Shown: piece after piece, positions 25,794-40,700 of the stretch | Numbering within the stretch: the first letter of the stretch is position 1 | Layout: every line of letters starts with the position of its first letter | NCBI GenBank assembly: GCA_030141605.1 | Contig: JAQGDQ010000042.1 | Coordinates: 876,651-940,650, forward strand | Direction: 5' to 3' | From: Tubiluchus corallicola | Lineage: Eukaryota; Animalia; Priapulida | Length of the DNA stretch: 64,000 nt | The notes under the pieces: generated by a model | What the model saw: only the letters and a program-made list of their open reading frames with translations | Told to the model about the DNA's origin: nothing | The model's database searches: none | Program-made: the position numbers and the translations under genes

Positions 25794-28700
25794 TAAGTGC
25801 TAAATTAAAAAAGCGTATGAAAAACTGTGCTTTAAATGAAACGTATTTAACTTTTATATATTTTTAATGTTTGTTACAAGCGTCCTATCAATTTTGCAAA
25901 CCAAGATTTATAAATTACTTAGGCCTATCTAATTTTTGTCGACTTCTTATTAAACTTAATGTGAGTTTGCTTATAATATCTTTAGATTTATCATTTATTA
26001 CTCATATGTTTTTAAATTTTTATCTTTTGAACTATTTCTATTCTTAATCAAATGTCTAACTAATAGTTATATGGGATGGTTATATACTGTTATCAATAAA
26101 TTTATGTCCTGTTTTCTTTTAAATTTTCTAGCAGTATAATCTCATTTAACCCTGTGTTCAACAGCAGACTGTGAGTGTATTGACAAGTCGGGATAAATAA
26201 AGTCGGGTCATTTCATTGCTATTGTATTCTCACCCAGTCGATAGGATTTTCCCGATAATCTGGAAGAGGTCACCACTTGTAATGGGAGAGAATTGAGTCA
26301 AAATGCATCCGACGGTGATCCGAATTGGCAAAACAGGCAAGTTAACTGTAGAACGCTTGTGGTTGTATTAGAAAGCAAATTATCGATTTAGAACATGTAA
26401 CGACATACAACATAAATGTTGGAAAAAGCTGAAACAGTATTTTATATAGAAAACCGAAGAGTGAATATAAAATAAAAACGCGTAAGAATAAAGGCACTGC
26501 TTAATCTCATTGCTAATCAACTGATTTTTGAAGTGAAAACGTATTTCAAGACGCAAATTGTATTTCTATCTGTCTTACGTTTTCCAATATTAAGGAAAAA
26601 CAGTTCTAAGAAAATGAGCTCAAATTTTATGTTCATAATCGCATGCAACAACTGCATGAAATTATAGAAACTAACACATTATACAATAAAATAATGTTCA
26701 ATTAATGGATTTCGGCTCAATTTCGAGCCAAAATTCGTGTACGTGAAAACACAAATAATACAAATATATACTATTTTCGCAGAATTGGCATTGCCAAATC
26801 AGATTAGTGGTTGAATAGGTGACCACAGAAAATTCTGTGGTTCACAATGCGTTTGTTGTTTAAGCACGTCATTGTGATCTCATCTTTGGATCAAATCAAC
26901 CTGTACAGTTGAGTAAATGAACTAAGAGCGTGACAGATTTGTGTCATTTGTTGCAAGTTTATTGTTACACAGGAAATAGGATCATAATGTAAAAAAGGAA
27001 GATGATAAAGTCTGTAGACTAAAGTAAAGTGACTATTCGTTTTATCATGTGATTAAAATGATACAGTTGTAATAATATATACCTTGTTGTGTTAGCGCAC
27101 CTATTTTCTGCCATGAGACGAATTTTAAATCTGGGCGTAACTAGCGAAGTCACAAAGACAGTGACGACTTCTGCACGTATATGTTATACGCGCAGTGAAG
27201 GACATTTGATCACGGACCATCTTAGACCATCAAGTTACCTAATCAAATACTGTCTTGTGCGAATCAATATGTCATTTCCACGCGCAATCACAGGTTGAAA
27301 CTGACCAGAAACTGTTTTAATATTAATAGTTAAATAAAAAAGTAAAGAAAAATTTAAACTAAGTAGAAATAATATTATCTGTCTTAAAATTTATTGTGAT
27401 TTATGTATATAGGTTTTATGATTTCAGTGCAGGGTAGCATGACGTCTACAAGTTAATTTGCTTTGTTTTTGCTTCATTATTCAATAATCATAATATGGAG
27501 TGATGCTTTTTTCTATACAAAGTCCATATTAAAGGTTCCTCTTATTGCCACGCGTATTAGTCAGAAAATGAATTGTGTTGGAGTAACCTAATTTCATTTT
27601 TTAGTCATTTGGTAATCTACTAGATTACCTGAAAGTTTAGTATTGAGAAGTGTTTTGTTTTCTTTAATGTCGATTTTAAGACCTAATGACACAATTATTA
27701 ATTTTTTACATTATATTTTTATTAGGTAGAGTTTCTGGATCATGACCATATTATGGTTGAAACGTTGCAGATGACTGTGTTGAAAAGATAGATATGGCTT
27801 TGCTTAAGCGGGTGCTGGCAGTTATCTTAATCTTACGTTCGTATTAGTTTAAAAAATTTATTTATTTATTTATATGTATACGTATACACTGTATCAAATG
27901 TACTGATACACTTTCATAAGCCGTTATGAAATATTTAGTGTGTCTTAAAAACATCGCAATTATCATTTAACAGAATAACGGGGAAAGAAGAAATCAGTTG
28001 ATTAATTTTAAATCCTTTGTAATTTAAACAACTCTAATTGAAATTAAGGCGATTAATTTTCGCGGAGTGAAAATTTCCAACATACTCCTTGTAAGCGAAA
28101 TCATTAATATGTATAAAAACTGTTCCCCAGTAACTGTTATTGCGTTTTAATATATACCACAGTAAGTGCGCTAAATCAACCAAAATTTCAGCCATAAATT
28201 CAGTTTTTCCAGTTTTTCATTCCTATTTTTAGTTTAAACCCGATTTCAATAATAATATAAAACTTAAAGAATTTTTCTCACGTTTTACGTGAGTGTGCAC
28301 GGAATCCATGCACGTCGAATAGGAAAAATTGGAAAGTAAAGCATTACATTAGAGTTGCCGTGTTTTAAAGACGAGATATATAATAATCAGTCAAGCTAAA
28401 GTTAAATAAATATTGTATGTTGTTTAAAACTCGGACAAACAAAGCTAACAAATGTTAATGAGTCATTAGATGACTAAAAATCGATCACCGGGAAAACACG
28501 TCACACTAATAGTCAAACGGTTTCGGTCATGAGACAGTTATTATGATTCAAACGAAGGCCGATTTTAATCGAATAAATTAGTCCAGTTAATGAAAGCACA
28601 TAAATACAACATGGCGTTCTTAAAGTCAATTTTATGATTAACTGGTCTGGCGGAATTTAAGATTATTTGCCTGAGGGGAGATTTCAGACCATTAACTACG

Positions 28701-31211
28701 TGTAGAATCTCTGTTGTCACTGTCACTCATACAATGTTAGTAGATATTGATGAAGCACTTAAGCGAGCTGAGATTCCTGTAGGTTCCGGCGGCTTCAGCT
28801 ACAACATGTCCCTGTGAGTGTTACGAAATCACTTAATTATCTGCTTAATCATTGTCAATTGGCCATCTAGAGAATTATTGATATGTATCACACGCGCGTT
28901 TAATTGCGTCATATTGTGCGTACACAAGGCCATGGGCCAATAAATATGCGTACACCAAGGTTAGTATGTTTAACGTCATTTGAAGTGCTAATCGACCAAT
29001 TAATAAAAATTATTCTCTTGATCAATTAGACGAATAATTAAAGTTCGAAAAGATGGATATTTGCTATAACGGTGTTGCAGTTAGCTAAAAAACTAGAACA
29101 TTCCGTCTAAATTAAGCCTATATGTTCCTACAGATTTCATAGCATAATTATATTGTACTAGTACCTAATTGCTATAGCGATTTCATGCATTCGGCTGCAG
29201 CTCAAACAGGCTAAAACTTATTTGTACCGCGTACATAGGCTACATATGTCTCACAAGACACACAAATCTATGTGTGGCATTGTATGTAGAGCGCACAATT
29301 ATGAATTCGCGCTTGTATATTATCATAAATACTTGTAAAACCTTAGAATTTTGAACAAATGTATGTTGCGTGAAGCCTTGTGTGTCTCTTACTATGCTAG
29401 TGAAAACCTCGGAGTACAATATACAGATTGACATGTTTCTATACATCTTTTATAATATGTAATAATGAGTTATAATTTGATACCAATTTGTAATGAATAC
29501 AAACTTTTTCAGCTAATCATAATTTTCTTTTAACAATTTCACTTGTACATTCGATGGAGGTAATATGGGCGCTAGAATATAGCTGTTTCGATATATTTAA
29601 TAGGAATAAATCAATACCATATACTAGCTTGCCACTGAATGTGACATTTGCATATGGTTTTACACCGTATAGGTGGTACTATGTAGCAAACTAATGGCTC
29701 ACAAAACACAGACATGGTTCAGCGTATTAAGCATTTAGCTTCATGTCAGCCATACGTAACACATGAATGGCCCATACAATTAGTAGAAATATGGCAATGT
29801 CAATGCTATTGAAATTTAAAATAGTTGCAAATACAATAAAAAATTGCGCCCTGTTACGTTTAAACCCTAAACTGATAAATGTTGACACAAAACTTACTGA
29901 CTAGTGAGGCAGGGAAAAGTATTTGGAGTATTACATGACTGTAAGGATGATAAGGATATTAAGAGGCAAAAAATATTTTTTTATGCCAGAAGCATCTTAA
30001 TTAGACAAAGCAAGCTTTGCACTCTGGATGTCAGATTTGGATTGTTCAAGGCTTGATGCACAAATTTCCATCGCACGGACTTGTAGGGAACGTATTATGC
30101 ATGCACTCTAAATACTTAGCTATTAATAGTTTTTGGTCTAATGTTGATTTTTAGATTGTATTTTACTAAAATGGCATAATGTTTTACAGAACGGCTCTAA
30201 TGTAATATTATTGTCTATTATTTTATCTATATTTATTCGTTTCGTGCATAACAATCTTGTTACGTTTTGTGTTTTGTTTGAGTGTATGGTTCATATAACA
30301 TAATTGCTGAAGTAAAATATGACTGATTTGATGAGTGATATGTTTACGTCATTTAACCGCTGTATACAAGGCTTCATAATAATCGCCATTGACAAGTGTA
30401 TTGTAAGCTTATACGAGAACGTTATCATTTCGCATTCAAGGACAAAGTATGGTCATTGATGGTCACTTATACAGGAATTAATATTGACATCAACATTATC
30501 ACTCTGGCACGAACCAATAATATAGCAGAATTGCGCTGAAATCTGTGCCTAAAATGCACACCATTTCATTTGGAATCCTTCTTTAAAAAGAACTTAGGTT
30601 TTCGAATAATTTATGTCTTTATTTTAATTAAACAGACATTTTTTCCGTTTAAAGGCAGACAGTAAGCAAAATACTATTTAAGAATTAAATTTATATGTGA
30701 TTTAAGTGTATAAAAGAAAAATTTTTACAATGAAAATTCAGATATGGTCTGTGATTCTGAGTAGTTATGAACGTGTCGTACCTTTATGCGGCATTGTATT
30801 GTGTTGGCTGTAGCCAGCACAGGGTTTTTGGACAAACGGCTCCAGTAGGCTGTGTGGGCGAGCACAATACCTTCCGTCACGTGTCTGAAATTGAAAATAA
30901 TTTTTTAGATATAATGAAATTACTTTATATAATATCAATTTTTCTACATCACTGGAATGAAGAAGTATATGAAAACTCGCACATAGTAAAATTTCGCCAA
31001 AACTCTGTGTGGTTCATTTTATGTGACCCGAAGAAGAGAGCAATCGTTTCTTGAAACCTCACTGACCTCAAAAATTATTATTAATAAACCTTGCGATTAC
31101 CTATCTCTTTAACTTTTACTTATGCATACACAATACTGCTCAGCAATTCGTCTGAAAGACAGCCTGTTGTACATATAGAGTATGTAGCTGAATATGTCAC
31201 ACATTCGGGTT

Positions 31212-31700
31212 ACATTGTGCATCTGATACTAATTACACAGACTCAACTTTCATCTACCCCCGCCTCTGACTCCATAAAACGATTAAAAATGAAATTTTTT
31301 AAAAAAATTATGCAATGTAATACGTGTTATGTTAGTTTTGTAATGTCAAATGTATAAATAGTGTAAATGTAATGAGTGAAATTTATGTAATGTAAAGCAT
31401 GTTTCTGTTAATTGTGTCATGTCAAATGTATATATAGTGTAAAATATGTCATGTAAAATTTAATGTACGTTTGTAATATTGTTTTCTAAAAATATTTTAA
31501 TATGGTGTTTGTAAATATGTTCATTCATTGTATATAATTAGGCCTTAGTTTTGCACTTTTGTTTTTTTAGTATGCACTGGACGCATTTGTCTTGAACAGT
31601 TTTGTTATTTTAACATTACACCGAGGCTTACTCAATTTTATTATAATGAGTGAACCATTTTAATGACAAATAAAGAATTAATATATATATATATATATAT
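31212..31700 (+). mobile_element. LINE 3' UTR fragment with AATAAA and (TA)n tail
   Basis: Highly similar inverted copy of about 56690-57087, which is contiguous there with a LINE ORF end. Confidence 0.8.
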
Positions 31701-34700
31701 GTATATTCATTGCCGTAAGAAATAACTGTTATATTCAACAACTCATTATATTCATTTTATAATCATGTTAGCGCGAATAGAATGTTATCGATAATGTGAA
31801 ATATAAGTTTCGAATTATCTGGCTCATGTTACTGAATATTCAACATAGCCAAATAGACGTTCGTGTTCATAATATGGATGTAATGTAAAATGAGAAACGT
31901 AGAGTGAAGCATGTGTGTACAATGCGGGCGAGGAAGTGATTGTTAGGCCATGCTTTGCAATGTTCAAAGTCTATAAGATTACATAGAGAATCAAGTAAAG
32001 GCCACATATAACAATTGTTATACGCATGCAATATCTGAGCATATTATAGAGCTTGTGGCTTTCGACAGCACCTGTGTGAGGAAATTTGGATATCAGGGAA
32101 TTAAACACAATTAGTCTTACATAAACTTGTTTTTTTAATAATTTCGTAGTAATTTGCTCATAACGCTTTAAATTTTTTTATATAATTTTATATAATAATA
32201 TTCATTCTGTGTAACAATTAAATAATTTAATAAATGCATACCATATGCACACAATAAAAGAATTATTTTCTTTTCTGTTTGGTTATGTAGAAATGGGCCA
32301 CGATTAGGATGCAGAAATAACACAAAGTTCTTGTCAAATAGGCCACAATTGGGCGGTGAAATGACCACAGAAAATTCAAAATACCATAATACTGAAATTT
32401 CCAATTACAGAAATATTTTAGAAAAAGTCGAAACAAGTTTTGTCTGGTTTTTAATTGAGCCAAGGATTGTAGTCACTGTATATTTATTAAACTATTGCTT
32501 AATAGCTTTTTGAAAATTTAGCATTTTTCATTGTTGTTTGTGAAGCGAATGTTCAGTATAAAAATACATGGAGAGTTAAATAGCTTTTTAAACTATTGCT
32601 AAAAAAAACCGTCGCAGTAAAAGTTGTTGTAGTTAATGACATAGGGTAGAGCAGCTTTATGCTTTATGTGGGGCATAGTTTTTTAATTCAGATTCTACAA
32701 GTAGCTGCAATATCGTAATTATCGTAATTAATAACTAAACAAATTAAAATACAATAGCAGAATCTTTGTTATTATTAATAACATAATCAGTACATTTTAG
32801 CATCTGCTCTAAAATATTCAAACCGTCATTAAAAGATTGTTATAATTGCTTTAAAAAAAGTTTTCTGCTATGGGTTAATAAGAAGTTAAAACCTCTTAAG
32901 TGATTTGGTACAAAGAAGAATTTAAAAATTCGATTAACAACAGCATCATCATCATTATCACCAACAAAATCAACAATATCAGCGGCAATTTTTTACTGCT
33001 GGCGTAGGGAGCCTCTATCACGCATATCTATTATACTCCAGTAATACTACTAAGTCTGAGTATGTGATCTTAGAACTCTAGTGGATTCGCGTCAGCACTG
33101 AAAGTGTCTAAACAACAAAGACTGATTGTATTTTAATGACAATGCCATGCAGGTCTTTCTGATTGATTACGCAAATAGTTTCACCTACAAGTGTATTGCA
33201 AAAAATTGCTAAATTTGTTACTATAGATGTTGACTCTTTCTACATTCGCGTTTGTTCTGTGCGAAATATCTAGGTATATTTAAATGTCAGCTTTAGTAAA
33301 TTTTGCAAAAGACAGAAATATCATACTATTAATTTTTTTCCCTATTTAAAACCAGTAGCCATTGTGATATGGTGATAATATCCTATTGTAGTAACTGGCA
33401 AAAATTACAGCGAATTTTTGCTGATTTCACAAAGTTATCTAGTTATAATGTATGTAAATAAAATAATAAAATTGTGTAGAAAAGTAAAGAAAAAATTTAG
33501 GTTGAAATGGCGATCAATGTTGTTTTAATTCTTACACAAACACTATTTAATATTCTGTTCGTCTATGGTAAAAGCAAAGAGCATTTCTTTGTTGCGTTAA
33601 TTGTGTCATAATAGGATAAGCCAACATGAAAAACATATTAATAAACCATCAACGAATCGACAAATATATTGGGGCGTCTAATACATATATAATTGTGTAT
33701 GCGTAATTTAAAAGATAGTCTAACATAATTCAGTGTTAATTTGTCTGTATAAGCATTATTGATCAGGATCAATAGAAATGATAAAATCTTTAATATTTTA
33801 TATGTTCGGACTTAAAACAATTTAAAAATTGCTCTAATTATGGTTGAGCCTGCGAAATGTTAAAATGTTATACTATACTGAATTATTACATAATGATAAA
33901 TTTTCTAATGATATGATTTTTATATGATAGTAGCATACACAATCTAATTTAAAAATCTTATATAGTTAAGGTTTTTAAGAGGGCATTAGAATTTAAAGTA
34001 AATTTTGTACAGTAATTAAATGTCTATATTAAAACTTGTGTTGTGTAAAGAAGTATTACTGAGTTATTTCTAACAGAAATAGTGAATTTTTTTGGACAAA
34101 TAGTACTACATGAAATAATCTAGGCTACTACGCATGATGCTACTTATAATTTTCTTTTCCAACAGGTGTAGGTTAATATCAGCAAGATGATTCCACCAGT
34201 AAATTATCATTTCCTGACAAAATTTGCAATGATAAAAGGCACGCTTATAATAATTTACTCTATGTTGCTATATGTATGCGTATATTTAAATGCAAGTAAT
34301 TTCGATAGTACAATTAAGTTTTATTTAACAGTACAACGCGACATTATATCTATGTTATCTAGCTTTCATTGAAAAATACAAAACGTTATTTAGGTTTTAC
34401 TTTCCTTAACCATATTTATAAAAAATGTACATCTTTTGTGTCACCTGAAATGAAAATTATGACTAACTTACGCTTAATCTGCTGTTCTGTCATTCACACA
34501 AGTGATATACATAAACGAACCCACACAGGTAGATTTACTTGGATGCAAAACTCACTTTTTATCACTATTATTTTCGATATATTGAATTAGGTATTCACGA
34601 GAAAATCTTGCATGTAAGGTGCGCACATTATTTTGGTCGATTAATATGAATCACCAGCATTATAGCGCGAGGGGCTGATTCCTTCATGCCGATGACGTCA

Positions 34701-37700
34701 CTCACTTCAGCCAATAGGAATACCCTTACTACTCGGACGTTTTTAAGAAGCTGAACGAAATAATAGTAACTTAAATATAATCGGAAAAATGCAAACACGT
34801 AGGTTGAAATAAGTACATGTATTTGTTAGTACTATGCACAGACTATGTGCAAAGACATCTTAAATTATATGATGTTCAGTCGTTGCGTTTCGTGTCCATT
34901 GCTGCATGACGACCTAACTCTATAAAGTTCACATTATAGTATTTAATCTTTTGTGACATTTCTGGTTAACAAGAAGGGCATTGACAGATAATTTTATTTA
35001 AGTGTCAAATAAATTTTGCTAGAAATAGTTATGCAATAGCATTTCAAAGGTATTATCAGAAAAACAGATAGAGAGCTAATATCACTATTAAATTTACAAC
35101 AAAACTTTTAAACTGTGTGTTAATTCCGCAGAGCGTTCGCCAACCTGCAGACATTATATTTACAATAGTAACAGCTTTTGTAAATGTCTTGACATTCTTA
35201 GATATTTTAGATAGTTAAGTCATTATTATTATGTGCGTACCTTAGTTACTATTTATTATGTGACGTTAATAACGATACTAAGCACAGTTTCAAGCGTCGT
35301 TTTTTGTCTAGGATAAATAGAGTTATTTGTTTAACATACACGTGTACCGATTATCCGTTTAAAAGGGATTTTCTGACAACAGAACTGGTCAGGTTGAATA
35401 AGAATTATAATCCGAGCTCAAAAGTGTCAACAACTCTATTCAAGTTTGTGTACTGAAGCACTTGAGTTGAATAAGAAGCAAACAGTAGTTAGGGGTACCG
35501 CAAGATTCAACACGTGGACCGCTCTTATGTACGATTTATTTTTCAGGGAATAAACCACGCGACAGTTACACATCGAAAGCGACAATGAAGCGGCTTAATT
35601 CATTATGCGCCTACATTATGCGCAGCATTGTACATACGTTTCTGTGTCATATAAGATACGATTATTAATAATAGAAATTTGTAATTGAAAATTATAAACG
35701 TACCATTGTTTAAGATTCTCAAAATTGTACTTCTTCTCTTTTCCTGGCTCAAGTACAGAAACTTATTGGTATTAAGCTACACGTTTGCGGTTTCGTGATT
35801 ATTATTGTACATTTGACGTAATTCACGTATCGCACGTCAATTTCACAGTTGAATTTCACTACAGGAACACCAACGTTATAAGAAACATTTCAATCGCCCG
35901 GCATAGTAAAATCTCAGTATTATTGCAAAATCGTTCAACTATATCCAACCACAAGCCGGTAAACGAAGAGGCAATCTTGACAAAAGATAAATCTAGACTC
36001 ATAATCGCAGGCAGGCTGATTAATAGGCCCCAAACCCGCGATATATTATGCGGCGAAAATCGCCTTCTTTACAATTTCTTTATGAGCGCTGGAACCCTGG
36101 CGAGGTGAACAGTATACCTCGCTTGAGTCCTCCCTACTGAGACTAGTGTTAACGTCTGAATACGCACATAAATTAGAACTTTGTAAAGGCCCAAATGTGT
36201 ATTGTAGACCAGGTCATAGAATTCCACCCAGGACTATAAGCAGCAATTGAAGAAATGTTTTTGAACAGTAGTAGTGTCGATTTCAAAATATGGTTAGTAA
36301 AACAGACAATTACGTGATGCAACAAACTGTAGAAATGTACGACTACAAAACGTCTCTTCAATTTTCTTCAACTGAAACAAGATTTTCAATTTTGTCTTCA
36401 ATTTATTTACAGCGGTGCACGTCTATTCACAAGCAAAATGTACAAAATGCACAAACACCGCGCAAACGTCTGGAATGATGATATGCTGGAAAAAACATCA
36501 CCATTTTGACACCAATCTTTGTAATTTATCAAGCAAACAATCGTCGTTCAGGACAACTGTCGTCCCGGACAACAGGCGCGGTATTTTTGACTCCAGGCTC
36601 TTCTGAAGAAAGAAGTAAAGGGATCGTTTGAATTCAATTAATTCCTTTCACTGCTAACACGCAGTACAGAAGCACTAAACATGGATACAGTATTCTTAAA
36701 GAAAATTTATCTCTCAAAATGAAAGTTTTCCGTGGCACCCTGGAAAGCTCTGAATGGGCAGTGACTTTCACGGGATGTTCTTGTATTTTTTTATTTATCT
36801 GACTCATGTTTTTGTATGCGTGCTGAATTTAACTTTTAAGAGTCATTTGACTGTTGTCGACGAATTTATACGGAATACGTAACAGCTTTTACTAAAATAA
36901 ACATGGAATGTTTACTAAATCTTGTTTATTATTATTGAAAGTCTAGATTTAAAAAATTAAAGTTCTGCAAACTAATTTATAGTTTTCCTTTTTTCGGTAT
37001 GAGATCGATGCTCATATCAAATCAATAAGTAAGTAAGCTTCAATTGCCAATTTTTATTATTAACTAAAGAAACTAAAAATGAGAAACAAATAACCAATTT
37101 CTTACCAAAACTGTGACGCCAATTTTCGCCTATTACAGTCGTCTAATGGGAAAAAGACAGGCTCATTAAAATCTCGTCTGCATATCGCGCTCTCTTTTCC
37201 AACTGGAAAGCAACAGATGAGGAAATATGTCTCCCTGCGGGTAAGTCCACAAGCGTCCAGCTGATCTTACAATTGTTTTCACACGAGTAGATCGTACTAT
37301 TCCACAACAAATTCGATGTTTTGAGAACTTATGAAATAAAAATTCACCAGGAGAACTTTTTGAGAATAAATAATTATAGTCGTTAGAAGTAGACAAGTTT
37401 TGAAAATGAATAAACAATGCTACAATGAAATATGCTACCAGCACACGCGCCCTAAGCACTTGAGTTTGAACTGAGTGCCTATCAAGTCTAAAATCTAACC
37501 TAAACAGGTATATACTTCACACCAATCCTCAAACATACTATTACAAAGTGAAGTCAGAAGATGGCTGGGACTGCATAAATCCTGGCCCTGTTTACTGGCT
37601 TTTGTTCAAAGTTGCTAAACCTCATCATAGGAGGAGGAGTTACATTGTGCTAGTGAGAATAGAGCTATCTACTACGGCTTACAACCTTTACTTGAGGACG

Positions 37701-40700
37701 ACCAAAATGTTCAATTAACTCTTTCTTCGGCGATAGGGTTAATATGCTCTCTGTTATTAAGTGAGGCCCGGTTAATTGAAAGGCGTCGCCGAGTTGCAAT
37801 TTTTAAAATCTGTTAACCCTTGAGCTATACGTCACTTTGCGTCACGGTCTCTATACCTCAACGTATTGCTTTTGATGTTCAAGTGATAAATAATGTTACA
37901 ATAGCATAAATTTTGCTTTTCATAGAGACACAGAAAAGAGTAGCAACAGTGCGCATGCGTTTAAATGAACCGATAATGGGAGATAATTTGATGTTAAACA
38001 GAAAGATCGAATCAGTCCCTTCTAATTTATTTCGAATCATTTTCAAAGAATTGCCTCGATTTTTGTAAATCTCTAGTTGCTCCTGTACGAAGTAGCTTCT
38101 CTCAGAAACATTTCTCACCATAGTCTTTTTTGCTTCGTATACGTCTAGGTAAAACACATTCTGCTGCTAATTTGTGGTCAATCATTAAATAAATAAATGG
38201 TCATGCTGTTTATATTCGTACCATAATTATCTTATTTTTTAATATTTACTCGAAATACCACGCGATTTAAAAATAGTTTGGAGATTCTATTACAGCATGC
38301 TGGTTTGTAGTGTCCAATGTTTTTGCTTCGAGAAATTCATCCATTGATGTTAAAAGATAAGATTTTGTCAGTTAGCGTGTTTTTATTTACATTTTGGCCG
38401 CATTTGTGTCTTTTCAAACAGCTGTTACAACTACCTCGTAATTAAAATGACCATGTTACATTACTTACATTACTATTTAATTTTAAGTAAAACTTGGTAA
38501 TTGTATATGCAGATGCCAATTCAGAACATAAACAAAACTGAACACGTACATCGCGTTAATAACTTCACTCATTTGTTATGATCAATGCTATAATAATTAT
38601 TAGTATTGTTATTTAAATAGCAGTCATGTGATAATAATATAATATTATAATGGCACATTCTTGGAACGGAGACACTATTAATACGTGTATCTATTAATGC
38701 GCAAGGACATTATTTTGTAAAGCAAAACACAACGCAAAGTAGTTTTCAGACTTTCGTAGTTATTTAGTTTTTGATCTTTATTCTTAGCGTCATCAGAGAT
38801 TAGCATTTAAATAACGTTTAAGGATTAACAAACATGTTCACCATTGAACACATTTTGTTTTTAATATGACAGGCGAGTACATCGATGCAGGGCACGAAAA
38901 TTTCATTGTGCTTTACTAACTGAATTAAATCATCAGTCATATTTACAAACTTGACGCTATAATTGGTGCTAATATTTTGTACTTAAGCAAATTATTATCC
39001 TAAAAGCACTCCAAAGTGATGGGTGTAAACCATAAAATAGCCTTCTAAGGTAACAATAGTTGCCGTGGGCTTTTCTGTAAGCTTTTAAATTCTTATATAT
39101 TTTCTGTTTTAGTTTATCACGGGTTGCCATCTCTGTGTACAAAACATACCTGTATACGCTCACAGTCGAGTGATCCTAATCATCTAATCTAACCTATGCC
39201 GACAAAGCTTACCTGTCCCATTTAGTTTAAATCAAACTGTAAATATATTAGCGGGCGAATACTTTGAAAATTAAAACATCATAAGTGGCCTTGCCAGTTT
39301 TCGTTTTGAAAAAAATTGTTTATTTACTTAAAAAAGATAATATGAAGAAGAGAATTAAAAAATAAAAAAGTAATCAAATAAATAAAGTAGTAATTTAAAA
39401 AGTAGTAAAGTTAACGAATAAGTAAAAAAAGAAAAAGTAGTCATCGTTGTTACTCAGTGCTATAAACGGATAGCAGAAATACATAACACATGTTGTAATG
39501 CTGTAATTACAAAAACTGTCTTTGTTTAGAACTTAAATACAAATTTAAAACGCAAAATTTTAAAATGCAGATCTAGTACAGAGGATGCATATCGATATGG
39601 TACAAAAGATTAAGTATTAGTTTCTCAACGTGTCTAGGTTGTAACGAAATTTTAAGATCAGTAACTGTATAATTCTTGTAGGAGATCAGCCATGTCCTAC
39701 CTTGCTTCGCACCTGTCTATCATTGATAATAAACCTATGATTAGTCAATTAGGAATAATTACATAGATTTGGAAATAATAGCGTACTGACTTTATGCTCC
39801 CATAGGTTATTATTCTACTAACAGCCCGCATGAGCCCTGTTCTAAAACAATAAAATGGGGAAGTCCATACTAACAAGTTAATAATAGCGTTGTGCCGAGT
39901 TAATCTAACAGAGAAAAGCAACGCTAAAACAGAAGACGCGTTATGGTGGTTACGTTTATCAGCGTTATGAGTTCAGATTTTAGCCGATGAATAGTCATTA
40001 GCCGTAGAAATAAATTGTGCAAAATATTACATTTTAATTAATTGTAAAATATTGAAAATTTTTGTCCCTATAAATCGAATTTGTTCTCATAGTGACGTTA
40101 GGGTCATCTGCATACGCTACGTCTAATAAAAAATTTTGTGCTAACAAAGCATTAAATTTCATATTTTGAAGCTCGTTCATTCAATAATCAACAGCTAGTT
40201 ACAAAACGAACTGCAATCAAGAGGATTTTAATTCAGCGCGCGTCTTTATGTAATGTCAAATAGCGACCATTATTAACCCTTTGTGAATTACGCATACTTA
40301 ACTAATTACCGAATTAACAATCTCCAATTATTATTCTTAAGTGTTGATGACCTAAAAAAGTACAAGCTATGTGTGGCTATCATGAATAAGCGCCCATCCC
40401 ACCAAGTCCAGTCTGACGCCAGTCGAATAAAAGGACGGGGCGAGCTTAAATGAAATCCCACGCACGGGCGCACAGGTATTTGTCCCAAACAGCAAATAAT
40501 TTCTCTAGTCCTTTCATAAGGAATAAGCTGCCTCAACTTTTAAAAGTACAATTGCCGCAGCATACAAAGCTATGCTAATCTTTTTTCGTTTGTCTCTCTC
40601 ACAAATGGCAAATTTTGCTGCCCTGGCTACTAGAAGAAACTTAATTTTGAAATTTTGAGTTTGAAATTTAATCAGTAAGATAAGAATACTTTCTTAGCCC

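Noticed and set aside
34690-34725. TGACGTCA plus CCAAT as a promoter
   Set aside because: tgacgtca...agccaatagga-type words are common inside DNA-transposon relics, and there is no adjacent exon evidence.
39205-39222. Strong minus-strand donor after ATG GGA CAG as an alternative Pax6 first exon
   Set aside because: Phase 0, incompatible with the phase-1 acceptor of the paired-box exon. Unsupported without RNA data.
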